64,000 nt of DNA, from NCBI RefSeq assembly GCF_964204865.1, contig NC_135250.1, forward strand, positions 22,320,001-22,384,000, read 5' to 3'. Shown here piece after piece: positions 24,520 to 38,485 of the stretch. A model generated the notes under the pieces. The model ran no database searches. It was not told the DNA's origin and saw only the letters and a list, made by a program, of their open reading frames with translations. The position numbers were made by a program, and so were the translations under genes. How positions within the stretch are numbered: position 1 is the stretch's first letter; the number at the start of each line of letters is the position of its first letter. The stretch is from Styela clava. Its lineage: Eukaryota.

Positions 24520-25931
24520 ATGGATGTCAGTTAGGTCTCGTCTCACGAAACTACAGTTGGTGAACTCCAAGAGTTCTTCGTTGTTCAAGAGTATGACAAT
24601 GCTGGTGGCTGCAAGAGAGGTTTTTATCAGATATTGAATAGATATAACCGACATCACTATTCTGTTACGAGAGAGATTGATTCTGGCAAAACTCCAATCG
24701 TGATTCACCTGATAGATAACAAGAATAACAATGTATTGAGAATGGAACCGAGGCTTAGGTAATTGAAAAAAAGGATTTAGTAAATAAATTAAACAATTTT
24801 AAAGTGAATAGTTTTACTAGGCATGACATATGCAAAACATGTCTTTAATCATTTTCACCTAATTCAGTTTTTCACTTTTAATCCAGATTTACCGGTATTC
24901 CGGAGTACCATGTGATTCAGAAATCAAATCGATTTTTCTAGTCGATCTGAATTCTCGAATACTTATTAATTAGTCATATTATATTTGTTTATTATCACTG
25001 ATCCTTATAGCAATATACATACGACATTGAACAATGGAATATTACTGCTGGACACGAAATGGGCAGACAGATCGTTTTGATATTATGGTGCTTCAAAATT
25101 GCGCACCTAGTGGTTCCGCGTTCGCTACTGTCTAATCATCTATGGTCACTCGAAGTGGAGACGCCTACGATTCCGTACCACAACTATATATATATATTTC
25201 CACTTCAGTGTTCCGTACCGGTACTGTAAAAGATCAGATATCCGTACTACTTCGTTTTGACTTTCGGGCCCAAATATTTGGGCATTGCACTCTTGTATTA
25301 TATCGAATTAAACTTCAAAATGAGAAACGCCAAACCTCCATTTTTTTAATCATCAATGTTGACAAAGTAATTCTTACCTAACTGAAAACTCACTCTTTTG
25401 TGAGTTTGATATTTGACTGAAAATCCCCCTTTTTCCTATTTTTAATGAACTTTCTTATTTTTTTCCTATTTCAATGAACTTTATTTTTCCTTCTCGTAAA
25501 CTTACGTATTAAATTATATGTGCAATAGGCCGTGCCATGCATTTTGTTGTTGCTTGAAAGACTGCAGTCACAGTATGGAAGTTTCTGCTAACGGTGAGCT
25601 ACTTGGAGTGATTCGTCATGGGGTGAACTGCTTCCTGCCAAAGCTATCTGTTGAAAAGTTCGGACAAACACTCTTTGTTATCAAGGAACCTGGTTGTCCG
25701 TGCTGTTGGATATGCAAGTGCGATGAATTAGTGTTCAACGTCTTTCTTTCGGATAATCCTCAACCTGTAGCATGTATTGTAAAACTGTTTGACACATGCA
25801 TGTCAGAGATACCTATGTTCAAAGTGATGTTTCATAAACAAGATCTAGATTTGATTTCTAAATTTCTCATCTTTTCTGCTACATTTCTAATAACTATTTT
25901 GTTTTTTGAAACAGTTGATACGGGAATATAA
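24520..25931 (+). pseudogene. Scramblase-like copy 2 with a premature stop at codon 5
   Basis: Reads ATG GAT GTC AGT TAG (TCG in copy 1); the rest is near-identical to copy 1. Confidence 0.75.
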
Positions 25932-26870
25932 CCTCTTTCATGACCATGCAGTATCACGTGCTGAAAGAGCAAAGGGTAAGGGTAGCAATGTATGCAAATT
26001 TGTATCGAGAGTTTTCTGAAAAGCTGGCTCAGTTGAATATAATGTACTTATGCGCAACTCATCTAATAGTTCGTTGACTGGCAATTAAAATTTTCAATTC
26101 ATTTCTAACTCGAACTAGATAATTACTATTTTTTTCATATTTTAAAACGTTATGGAGGTGTTTTTCTCGAATTTCACATTTTTGCATCAGTGGCGACGAC
26201 TTTCTACAAAACCTCCTTATATTAACATAAGTTAAACAAAAGCAAAGAAAACAGACCAGAAATTTGGTGGTAGAACAATAATTAGATTTTAGCAAAATGT
26301 TACATTCATTAAAAACGGTTTTCATTTTTTAGTTAAGATTCTAAAACAAAGAGTTCATATTTTAAAACGTTATGGAGGTGTTTTTCTCGAATTTCACATT
26401 TTTGCATCAGTGGCGACGACTTTCTACAAAACCTCCTTATATTAACATAAGTTAAACAAAAGCAAAGAAAACAGACCAGAAATTTGGTGGTAGAACAATA
26501 ATTAGATTTTAGCAAAATGTTACATTCATTAAAAAAGGTTTTCATTTCTTAGTTAAGATTCTAAAACTCAAGAGTCGTTATTTTGTTTGATCCAATGAAT
26601 AATAATTCCGTCAAAGAGTGAGATCGTAATCCCGAATCAATAGTTGGGTAGTTATATAGAGGAAATTATCGAATTTATCGAAAAAAGTGGGGATCACTGT
26701 GTTAAGGCATCGATGCATTATATGGTTTTACCGTGTACCGTGTTTACCGTGACATTTTTTTGATATTGAGATTTATCAAATATATTTATTGTTCCAATGC
26801 TAGATTAAGCGATTTATTTGATATCAATTTCGGCAGTAATAGTTTAATATGCTTCATTAAGTATTCCAAT

Positions 26871-28887
26871 ATGGCAAAGTTCGTGATTGTGTTAGTATCC
26901 CTCACTTCAGTGGGAATGTTCGATTCTTGTGACAAACCCAATGTTTTCGAGTTTTCTACTGTTCTCGTCTCTGACAAACAAAATCTTGCAATACGGCAAC
27001 ATGTCAAGGAAGGCCAGGCAAGAGGGGCCCAGTTGGCTCTCAAGGAAACAAAGGTGTAAAAGTTGACACTGGCGCAACAGGGACATCGGTATCACTTGAA
27101 GCAAGAGTAAAACAATTAGAAGGTAAAAGTCATATTTATCTTGAAGTACTTTTAAATTAAGAAATTTGTTATAACTTTATTTCTATGCAGCTGTGTTTAG
27201 TAAAAGAATTTACCAAATTTTTAATATTTATTGAAATATTACCAAACTGCATTTGTTAGACACCTATTAAAATTGTATTATCTGAATTGCCATGTGTAGA
27301 AGTGGTATATTCAGAAAAAACAGAACAACCCATTTTTTTTCTGATTGTTGTAAATAAACGTTATTAAAAATAATTAACTCGAATTAGTCTTTTTTATTGC
27401 ACCTATATGCTCTGTTTTACAGATACAATTATCATGATGAAGAAAGTAATCACACCGAATCGGAAACGTAAGAATTTATATATTTATTCTAGCTATTTTA
27501 AGGGTACTTATACTATATTATTAAAAACGACTATACTAAGTCGTGAGCAAAATGTGATAGACAAAGATGGCTGCCGGCATTTACAAATTGGTTTAATGAT
27601 AGGCATAAAAATTGATGTCAATATTTTGAATAGAATATCTTCTATAAATATGTTTTTGCGATGACCACTTACTTACAAGTTCCAAAAACATCTCTAATCA
27701 GAAAATCTGAATTTTCTTTAAAATTTCTAAAAAAGCAAATTCGTCAAAGCATTTCTTTCAAAATCAAAATTTTCGAGATGCAAAATTTGTTGAAATGCAA
27801 AAATGTTTGAAAATGAAAACTGAAATAAATCACATCAAATTACTGACAATCGTAGTATTAATAAAAATTCCGAAATGGTCTGATGATCGCGTAATATATC
27901 AAATATTTCTCAAAGTCGAATTTTGCGCAATGGGCATGAAGTCAAGAGACATTGCGGATGCAGATATTTCAACTTCTTCCGATTGGGAAAGTTTTCATCA
28001 TGGACAATATGGAAGATTAAATGAACAGCCTGCATCAAACCCAACTTCTTATGGAGCATGGATTTCTCGAAAACGTGAGTTTTAAATTTTTCAATAAGTG
28101 AGTAAAATGCGATTATTATCCTGTCTTGATATCGCCAGAATATGCAGTCCATGGGTATCGATGCAGTGTTTTTATGATAGAAGAGATCAATGCTTAAATA
28201 TATAGGACACAAAAACCAAAATGAAGTAGCCTAGTACGGGTATTAAATCTTTTACAGTACCGGCACCGTGTTTCGCGACTTCGACTGACCACCAGATCGC
28301 TACGATTTCCAACGCGGAACCGCCACAAACGCAATTTTTAATTTTGATGGCGTCATCACCCACAGGAATTTTGCAAATAAATAAAAGTAACTGCCTTCAT
28401 GCGACAACAACAGTCTCTAACCACTGCAATGTCAGTGCAATTGGTCTAGCTAGTAGTTGAAGGGAAAAGCGATTTTTTTCACGAAACGAATACTAAAAAC
28501 AACAACAACATAATAACAAAACGATATATAATACTTGAAATGTAAAAGAAAATCTCGCATCAATTTATACTAATTGTCGAATCATGTTTTTGTTTTTCGA
28601 ACGCTGGGTTGAAAGTTATGATCAATGGGTGACTTCGTATAAAATCAAGTGTGGAAATTCTACAGACAGTCCAAACCATCATGGAAAATAATCAAGAGAA
28701 GGTAGGCACATTTTGTTGTAGGTTTGAACATCTAATTCTGTATTTAACGTTGTATTTAATATACTTTACCAGGTATTTCCGGGAAATATTGACCGAAATA
28801 CTAAAGTCACAAATATATTTCCCAATCCAGTGCTTTGCCGCTACGTGCGACTCTATCCACAGCGTTGGCATGTGCATTTGAGCAGTA
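26871..28887 (+). pseudogene. Collagen-discoidin pseudogene copy 2
   Basis: Near-identical to copy 1 (exons 26871-27122, 27916-28074, to 28701, from 28773), with the same lesions and no hAT insertion. Confidence 0.78.
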
Positions 28888-29638
28888 AATTTTCGTTGTT
28901 AGAATTTTGTTATTCCAATACTCTATGGCCAACTTTTGATCTTATCTTGACTTGTTGTGATGTCATGGGTACTGCTAGATAACCACTAGACTGAAATGTC
29001 ATAAACCCTTATACCGTAAAGAGAAAAACTTAAGTTTAACACAGCACAGTACGAGACAATCGCAGCGGAATCGAGAGAAATAGAGAACCATGCGGACAGG
29101 AAGAAGCCCAAGGCAATTATGAGAAAACAATTATGACGTCATAAACCCAAATCTAGTTACGGTTGACAACCGACGAATCGATGAGAATCAATGAAAATGT
29201 TTCATGAAACGCTAATTCTCCTAATAATTCTTATTAAAAATAAGATGGCACGCAAAGACGCTTGATTATAGACGCTTGCCATGAATGTTAACCATTTAAA
29301 CCAAGGGTCGACAATTACTTTTTAATCGCGACTCGGAAAGGAATTTCAAAATTTCGCGACCTAAACCTCCGTTGGTTACTGGATACAACAAAATTCACTG
29401 GTTTATGTTTATTGAACTTCATAGAATAAACTATGATATAATTTATCATACAGCCAATCCATTTGAAAAAACAACTTTACTTTTTAACCAATCTATATTG
29501 CTTCCATCCCTTCAAACGGCTTTTTACAACTATTACCATTTCGTGCGTTTTGTCATACTGAACTGAACAACAGAACCAACTGAATTATGCATCATATTAT
29601 TTATTTATCATACGTTTCCATTCATGAAAAAATGCATT

Positions 29639-32600
29639 TCATTCATTTATGTTCCAATCTTGTTTTATCATGTCCGATGCCTTCCGTCCAATCATGTAAC
29701 ACGGAGCTTGGGTGTTAGATGACGTCACATGGGGCATGACTGATGCATCGGCGACTCTTAGACCCTCAACATGCCGGACCCTTCACAACAAAATAAAGAG
29801 GTAAATAATGCGGACCGCTCCAACAAAAATACTAAACCATGTAGTAAATAAGGACTCTGTGTTTATTGAATCGACATAAAATTGTATAGAGACATACACA
29901 AGTTCAGTTATGATAACTTTGTCATAGTTTGATTGTAAATAACCGATATATATCAAAAATAAATGATTGACCTACCTAAGTCTTTCGTCAACAACTGCCA
30001 TTTCATCGTCTTCTTGTCCTATTTTAGCAGTACAACATGCGTGTGCTGCATATCCAAAACTTTCAACGTAACATCGATAAAATTCATCGGGCCTTGAAAA
30101 TAAAATTCCGATTATGATAGGGGTTTAGTGTAAGTAGATTTATTAATTGTTTGAAACATGGCACATGGCTATCTAATTGTTAATTTCTATATTTCATTCA
30201 GTCAGTAGGCATTTTTTAAAGAGAGCATGATGAACTTGGATTCAATATTTACTTGCAGTTTACTGTCAAGCTAAAGTTTATATTCTTCATCCAATGCTTT
30301 TTACTAAATCGTCTTCTTTAGAATTTTAACATGCATTGCTTGCTGTTGCATGTCGTTAGATGTAAGTGGATGGATACTTCACGAAACCCTAAATATCTTT
30401 CGACAAAAGGCGGCAGATGTTGTACGAAATGTTTGCATGTCCATTTTATCGAACCTATTGTCCTTTAATTTAAGCACCGTCAAATTCGTCTCGCTTTATG
30501 ATTTTATATTGCCACTTTTAGTGTGACGTAACAAGTCACTTCTTTTCCCGCGCTTTACAGCCTTTCTTACCACGATAGACGCTCGCTGTGTTTTGTAGAT
30601 TAGGGAGAATGCTGTGCAAATATATATTTTAATAATGACGGGTTTTCCTATTTTGGGGGGTTAGACTTATTCCATGCGTTACATAATGATTAACAGATGG
30701 GATTTTTTTACTTAGAATATTATTAGGTTCATTCATATATTATCGGATTAGGTTTTTGATGTATTCTTATACTGATCATTGTCTTATTTTGTATCTTAGC
30801 ACACTTGTGACTGTTCTTTGAGTCCTTGTCAAAAACAGTCAATTTATCATTAACACTATTACTGTACTACTAAGACTGTTAACACTGACGTCAACATTAG
30901 CTGTGTTTATGCCTGACAATAAAGTTTCTATCAACACAAGTGTACGGGATTGTTGGTGTACAGATTGCAGTGTCTGTTAAGTTGTTCGTTTTTGGTGCAT
31001 ATATTGGAGACATTAATTTGGGGACACAAGGGACAGGACGCGACTTCAGTTACCCTGAAACTCAAAGTCGTAGTGGGAGACATTAAATTACTTATTACCT
31101 ACTTATCCCACATATATTACCTAGGAGGGTTAGTGTAGAGCGATCCATTGCATACTTCAGGTGTTATCAGCCTAAATCCAATTTCTTTCATCGCTTTTGT
31201 CATTTCGAACTCTTCAAGTTTTCTAAATCCTGGAAAATGAGTTCATAAAAACTACGTTGAAACACCAGAAAGGCAAGATTTTATGCGTTTATGAGCGCGT
31301 ATGCAAGAGCTCCCAACTACTCCCTTCCTTGTTTCGCGGACTTTTGACTTGCAGGAAAATTTGCTTGTGATTGAGCGTACAAAATTGTTGTTGCCAGATG
31401 TATGATTTGATTTTGAAAATTACCAAAACCTTTTGATTTAAAAAAAATCTGTCTGTGACTTTTGAAAGCAAAATATAAATTTTGGATTTTTATCCGCAGA
31501 ATATTTTGCTTTATGATGTATCCCCGACCTTTGACCCCCGAAAAATTCTTTTTATACATTACCAATGCAAAATTTTTGGTGCTCATTTTAGGAGTGGTTT
31601 CGCGGATCCCTCCTATAAATAGTTTTTTTTACCTGTTTTAAGCCATAATTCTAATTCAAAACATCCAACAACCTGTCATTTGAAAGTACCGGTAGAAAAG
31701 TTTAGCCTATTTTATTACAGTTTAGATTAGATAGATAGACTAGATTAATTTTTGATTAGTGCAATTGAATTATAAACTCCTACGAAGACGAAATGATCAT
31801 CGAGTTAATAATTCATTCTTAAATTTTCGACACAAAACTAAAAAATAACCAATGGCCTTCCAAAACCAGAATATAATATAATGTTCACAACCATGCCTGA
31901 AAAAATTTAGAATGAGTGACAAAAGTGTCTGAGCGGCTGCTGAAACATCTATTGTTATGTCACTTTTTGCATCCTTCAGATTAGCCAATGTTACGGTCAA
32001 TGATCAAGAGGAAACATTCATTGGTTCTGGACTGCGTACATGAGAATAACGATGGCGCTTGGAACGGTTAGTTGGACACGAAATACACATATGGACTGTT
32101 TCGTTATTACGGTATGTTGTTGTTCTTATTGGACACAAAATGTTCATATGAATCGTTTTTGTTATTATCATGTTGTTTTACTTGTTAGTATTTTTCTTCA
32201 CTTTGTCGTAGTGAAAACATCGAATTTCTCGAGTGATTTATTCAAAATTGATGAAACTATTTGTAGCGGTTGTGAGACCTCTCTCGTGCTACTCTTAGCG
32301 GGAGTCGGACGTTTTTTGACCGTAACGTACAATGGACTGGGTAAAGTATTGTTATGGAGTAACGCAGACTACTGCAGACTTTGGTCTTCGTGGCCATATA
32401 TTTGAGCATCGTGCTTTTTGTCTCAGCAAGTTAGGGAACGATATTTCACGCCATTGCCACTGGACAGTACGTTCAGTATAAATATGATTCTTGAAGAATA
32501 GTTTTAATATTTCAAATAGATAGATATATGAATGAATTGGTTCTCGGATTAAATTTACCTTCTATGTGCATCTTTATATCATCTTCCTCCGACAGATAAT

Positions 32601-35600
32601 TTGGATCAATATTAGGCTGATCAGAAGGATTCGTCGACTTCAATCGAATTTCACCTCTTGATTTGGGATGCTGAACTGCTAGTATTGAATAGGTATAAAA
32701 TGCATGCTAAAAATAAAGCAGTTTCAGTATTAGGTAAAATATTATAGTTGAAAGGTGGAACTTTATACTCCGTGGAAGCACAGATACACGGCGGGCGTTA
32801 AAATATTTATCTGAAAGAAAGTTCTGTACATTTTCCTGAAAAGTCAGACTGCTGTCTTTTCTTCATATTTGTAACAGCACAACTAGATAAAAGTCCTTCA
32901 ATATACAAAATTGTCGTAGTCTAGGTTCTTTCAGATGTTGTCAAGATCTCTCGTTTTCTGGAATCGAATACAGCATATGATGATCCATCATGAATCATAA
33001 AATTAAAAACAAGTTCACAACATTTGCATCTAATAACTCCAACATTATAAATTTATAAACTTGATATTGGACTGTAAAAAAAAATGTATTTGGCTATTTT
33101 AATTCTTTTTAATAACGGCAAAAAGAGCAGTTCGAATCTTTAAAATTGAAAATCTGAAAAACTCTCAAATATATATTAATATTAAATTTCTTACGTTTTC
33201 TTCTGACTTGAAAACCAAAGGTAATTTTCCTGAGGCAAAAAATGCTTGGATACTAGGGAATGGCCGTTTTCTAAAAAAAAAGTTATGTTATTTTACATAT
33301 CACAAGTTTTTATTTGTTCAATTTTGGCATATTGGCCCAAACGAAGCTTAACTAAAACGCATCAATGTTTAAGTCTCTGCACGCAATAAACACATAACAG
33401 AAATTTTTGTAAGTTATCGTATCCATCATAGCTTCTACATAGTAAATTGTTAAATTCTTTAATTAATTTCGGTTTTTTGAGGTAAAACTTAGTAATGTAT
33501 TGGGAAATGGTTTCAAAAATTTGTATCTTGAATGCAAAATTATTCTGAGTGTTATTAAAACGTTATTCATGATTCAAATTATTATAGACCTATTAACTAG
33601 TTTAAATTTTATAAAAAAAAATAAATAGAAATGGTAGCAATATCTGAATACATTTACAAAGCACATAGTTTCCGAAAAATTCTTTTCAAGTTGCTTTGTA
33701 AAATATTTACTGATATTTGCTTACTTGCTGCTTAGAGTTACGTTAGTTCCAAAATATTTAGTCTTATGATGAAGAACGATACTGCCACCCGTGACTGCTG
33801 AGTTGTGTCCGGTACCGTTTATGATGTATTCCGTGATAGATTCCGGTGTCTAAACATTAGTCCCAATTCAATTGGCGATATGTGACATTGCTCCTCTCAC
33901 ACAAATATCTAAAGTGTAGTTATGATTTCAACAAGATCTGCGAAATACTGCTTAACTTACCATATCTGATGCAATCCGGCTGTCGTTTGTGGCGTGATAG
34001 ACGAAGTGCCCAAAATGATCTTGAAAATTAGCTCCCACGCCTGGCAAATCCCTCACAACATCTATCTGGAAGGCAAAAACACTGCAGTCTGACATTGAAA
34101 TGTGTGTCATGGTTTACGATTTTACGGTATGTTTTACCAAAGTCTTGTGTTTACTTTTTAAAGAAATAGTCAAATATTCGTAGTGAAATATATTGTTGTA
34201 GCTTAAGAATCTTTCGATATATAAGCTATTGACACAACACGAATCTCCCACATGATTCTTTTACTCAGCTATAAAACGTCAAGATATTAACCCTATTCTA
34301 AAAACAACGGCATTAAGCTTAGAAAGATAAGTCAATAAAACAATTTATTCATGATAAGCACAAGCTGTCTCGACCAAACTCTTTTGTTTCCATCTAACCT
34401 CTGGGCAAGGCTAACCATTTGTTCCATGTATATATAAAAGTTTTCCGCTTATTTTCTTGAACAATTTTTCACGGATATTGAAAAATATAGATGTTATATA
34501 ATACATTTTAATTCTTTTCCCGCAAATGTTATGAAAGTAAGAGTCTACCTCCATCTCTTCAAGATGATTTTTCGTACCGATCCCCGACAACATCAATATT
34601 TGTGGAGTTCTCAGTGCACCAGCTGATAAAATGATTTCCTTTCTGGCTTTAACGTTGCTTATTTTCCCATCTTTGATGTAACTTACGCCTGTCGCTTTTT
34701 GTTTACCGCTTGTCACAGTAACAAAGTGAATCTTGCTCACAAGTGCATTTGTTACAATGTGCAAACTTCTTTGTCTATAAGAAATATATTTGGATTTTAT
34801 ACTCTGTGCCAATAATTTGCAAAATAAGCACAAAATAAGATTCAAGTTTCTAGTCCAAAGCAATTTGCATACAAATATTTTAACTCTGAAATACAAAACC
34901 AGTGTTCTCTTTCTAGAATTAAAATGATTAGATACCTAAAAAATTCAAGTTTGTATCATGTATGTATCAGCGAAATTGTGCATTGAGTATTGAGTTGTGT
35001 ATTGAGTATTGAGTTTTTTACGATCTTACAATAAAGCTGTTTTCTGAAAACTTAAAAATTGTATTCACTCGTTACGGAATTTCGAATTGCGTTGGGTAAA
35101 ATAAACTACTCGAGTGAAATGAAATATTGGATACGTAAGGTTTTTGAACGTAACTCAATGTGTCCGTAACTCGATGAATATTTTTTATAGGATTCACACG
35201 TTTTACCGTTCTTTATATCCCGATCGCAAAAACGCTTCTGAGGACGATTGTCTTAGTCCTTTGTATCTGGTGCAAATAAGTGGAGATATTCCTTCAATTT
35301 CATCAATATAGTCAACTTCCTTTATACCTTTGTATATAAAAAAACATAAATGCATTTCCGAATTTTCCAACATCAAACTAGCTAACTTTATACATATTAT
35401 TTAAAGATGAAATCTTAATTAGATACAGCTGCTCATCTGTCTATTTCATTTTTTAATACGTCCTCACCGATTTCTTTTGCCGCCGTCTTCAATTTTGCAG
35501 TAAAGAGATTTTCGTATGAAATGCTGATATTTAGTACACCTCCTCTTCCGACTTTTTCTGATATTTTGTCATCGACAGCGTTTTCATTTTTTCTAAAAAA

Positions 35601-36935
35601 TGGTTCGACATCTTTCCAACTCCATCCCTTTGCTCCATGATCTTCCCAAGAATCATAATCATGTGGACTTCCTCTCAAGTAAACCATTGCGTTTATTGAT
35701 GTTGATCCACCAAGAATTTTTCCTCCAGGATATTTCGCGTTCTAACAAAAGCCATACACTTCAGAAATATAGTTGATAGAGCGTTGTAACTTTTTTGGTG
35801 CCGAATAGAAAGTATTTATATTTTGGTAATTTTAAAAGCCTACAGAACCCTAAACCGGTGCACAGTGTAAAACCCCATGCAAAAAGAAGCATTCTTATTT
35901 TGCACCATTTTTGCATACGAACTGCAGTGTACAGGCAGATGTTTGCACATCATATATTTTTCAATTAGACTACTCAGTAATAGATGCTTGTACAAAGCCT
36001 TGTTAGGACTGATTAAAATTTCGTACAAAAAATATCTATCTTGAGTACCTTTCCCATTTCCAGCAATGAATATTTTTGTTTTGCAATGTCGTAGTTCCAA
36101 TTATAAAAAGATTGTTGCAACTTGCCATATTTGATCGCACTAGGAACTAAAGGATTGTTGTAATCTGAGTCACCCGCTTCCAATAACAACACCCTGAACA
36201 CAATAAAGACCATTGATGAACAGAAAGTTATCTAGAACAACACTCATGGATTACGTTTTACTCCGTATTTATATTAGATTCTGTAATAGAGCAGGCTGGA
36301 ATAAAATATTATGCTACATTTAGTATATACATTGTAATCATATGTATGGTACAGGGACACATTGTTTCTTGAAATATTTTTTCCACATTAATGAAACCAA
36401 TTAAAGTTTCTTTCAATTCTCAATCCTAGAGCAACAATGCAATGCTCATAACATATGCTCACGTCATCCCAGTTTTGTCTGAGAGTCCTCTTGCAACCAC
36501 AGCTCCAGATGCACCTGCCCCAACTACAAAAAAAGTGAAGAAAGTTCAGTGATTTCAAAGGGGGACTGAGGTATGCATATAGTACTGTGTCTCTTTAAAA
36601 TTTTGTGCAACTGACAGGGAGTTATTGAAACGAGAAAGTATACATTTTTGAAAAGAGTTATAGCAACAAATTTGTTTTAAACAGATTCGTATTTTCAACA
36701 CATTTGTTAGAAACAAAATCTCAGAAATCGTTTACACGAATACTTGAGTGATGATAATAGTACTAATCCTCAAGTCCTACCATATATTACTTTCGTATAA
36801 ACGCTCAGATAAAATCAATGATCACTCACCAACAATAAAATCGTATTCTTCCGATACATCGTTCGTTATCATTGGGTCGTACGACTTCCGTGCTAGTAGA
36901 GTCAATAGCAGAGCGACTAGTGTTGACTTGACCAT
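29639..36935 (-). CDS. GMC oxidoreductase copy 3, apparently intact, 584 aa, N-terminal hydrophobic leader
   Basis: Exons 36830-36935, 36463-36523, 36049-36193, 35468-35741, 35207-35327, 34549-34774, 33961-34065, 33725-33849, 33195-33270, 32559-32706, 31121-31229, 29976-30092, 29639-29780. They sum to 1755 nt with consistent phases, and the catalytic His/Asn-type motifs ([14 protein letters not shown]) are present. Confidence 0.9.
30418..31112. mobile_element. Solo-LTR-like insertion of about 695 bp in GMC copy 3 intron 11
   Basis: Present only in unit 3 (the empty site reads GCAGATATTACC in unit 4). It begins TGT, ends ACA and has an internal AATAAA at 30918; the TSD is not clean. Confidence 0.55.
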
Positions 36936-38122
36936 TTTTAATAATTTGCCTAGTAGCACAAATAGAGAAACGAAATTGGGGATTTTGATGATTATGCCAA
37001 TAATGTTAATCACTCTATCATCTGTTTATCCTAATAAATTCGAAAATGAAATACATAATCAACATTTAATGATGTCAGACCTATATTGCGAGGATGATGT
37101 AGAAAGAATGTAGACAAGTATAGTAATTTTGGAGTCTTGCTGCACTACTACTGTCCTAGCATTTACTTTTGCGCGCCTGGACTTCATCGCTAGCATGTCC
37201 TTTTTTAACTTTTGTCGAGCATCGTCATGCACTCCTGATCAAATACACACACATATTGCATTGCGCTACAACCTGTTATATAGCGCTTAATTATATGCCT
37301 CGGGGTTTGAGGTAGGTTTAAGCCGATATTGACATGACTTCGATGGGTGTCAGTGTAGAAAATCGTGTTTCCATGAAAAAATCGAAAATTTTTTTTTTTT
37401 CAAAAAACATTGAAAATTTTTCATCCTTAAAAAAATATATAGAATTTCAAACAAAAATATCATAAATCAATTATCATTTGTTTGCAGTATAAAATGGCGT
37501 ATAATATAGCAACGTCCGAGAGAACCCGAGAAAAAACGACATGCCTCTAACTAAAACATCTCATCCAATATGAATGGATTGAAAACACGCTACAACAAAG
37601 CTGCCAGTTACAAATTAAACCATAGTCAAACCAATAATTTTTTGTATGGGAAAAATGATCTCCCAGAAATATATAAGATATCGTTTAATTAAGCCCACAT
37701 TATATAGTTATTTTAATATTGATGTAATGGAGCAACTACTATATATCAAATGTTTTTCAAGTTAACCCGGACTGTTGTAGCTATTGTTCAAGGGATGGCA
37801 TCCAACTAATTTCAGATTTAATTTTCTGCTTTGGTAATTCTACATAGTATTTTACGGTTCCCATTCATTTTTGACTAACATTTACCACAAACAGTCATTT
37901 ATTGAATTTAATTAATACTAACCCAAATCATATTTACAAACTAGCACTATCAATATTGGGTAAAGCAATCAAAAGTGGGGCATCATGTATCGAGATTATA
38001 ATCTTGAATTGTAGGATGTCATAATGCGAGAAGTAGTATAATACCAAGAAAAAAATGGATAAAAATGATACGAAATATTCGTCATAAACGGCCACATATT
38101 CCTCATTGTAAGTATGATTAGT

Positions 38123-38270
38123 TGAAATTCAAGAGTCCCGCTGCACACTAACACAAATATATGTCTGTAACATTGTTGTAAACTGTTTGTCTGACGAAGT
38201 CTGATTTTGTTCAGATGAAACGTCATAGAAATATATTTGTGTTAGTGTGCAGCAGGACTCTTGCATTGCA
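38123..38270. mobile_element. Palindromic MITE of about 148 bp (also 53817-53964)
   Basis: About 40-bp inverted arms CAAGAGTCCCGCTGCACACTAACACAAATATAT / ATATATTTGTGTTAGTGTGCAGCAGGACTCTTG. It sits where unit 1 continues into the sulfotransferase relic. Confidence 0.7.
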
Positions 38271-38485
38271 TATTACGGTATTTTTATTCCTGCTACAACA
38301 TCCTTGCATTATACGCATACGGATCAACTAGCGCAAAGGCATTGATAAAGGACTGGGAGGTAATCACACGCAACTACTGATAGGTAAATTTGGAATACCC
38401 GTGAAATAATAATCTTTGTTGCGTCACAATGATTTGTATTGTATGTTAATTTAATAATGTTATTTTGAAGCACATAGAAACAGCG

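Noticed and set aside
32766-32836. Extra GMC exon ([16 protein letters not shown]...) in intron 9
   Set aside because: No convincing phase-0 donor was found and the segment is partly deleted in copies 1 and 2. Direct exon 9-10 splicing is already in frame and gives a normal GMC spacing.
29639-36935. Recent horizontal transfer of the GMC gene from bacteria or fungi
   Set aside because: The gene has 12 spliceosomal introns and host-like composition, and GMC genes are widespread in animals; only a phylogeny could address an ancient transfer.
37309-37550. DNA transposon upstream of GMC copies 3 and 4 (GAGGTAGG...CATGCCTC; longer at about 52762-53243)
   Set aside because: The termini are only weakly complementary and the TSD is unclear; absence from units 1 and 2 could equally be a deletion.
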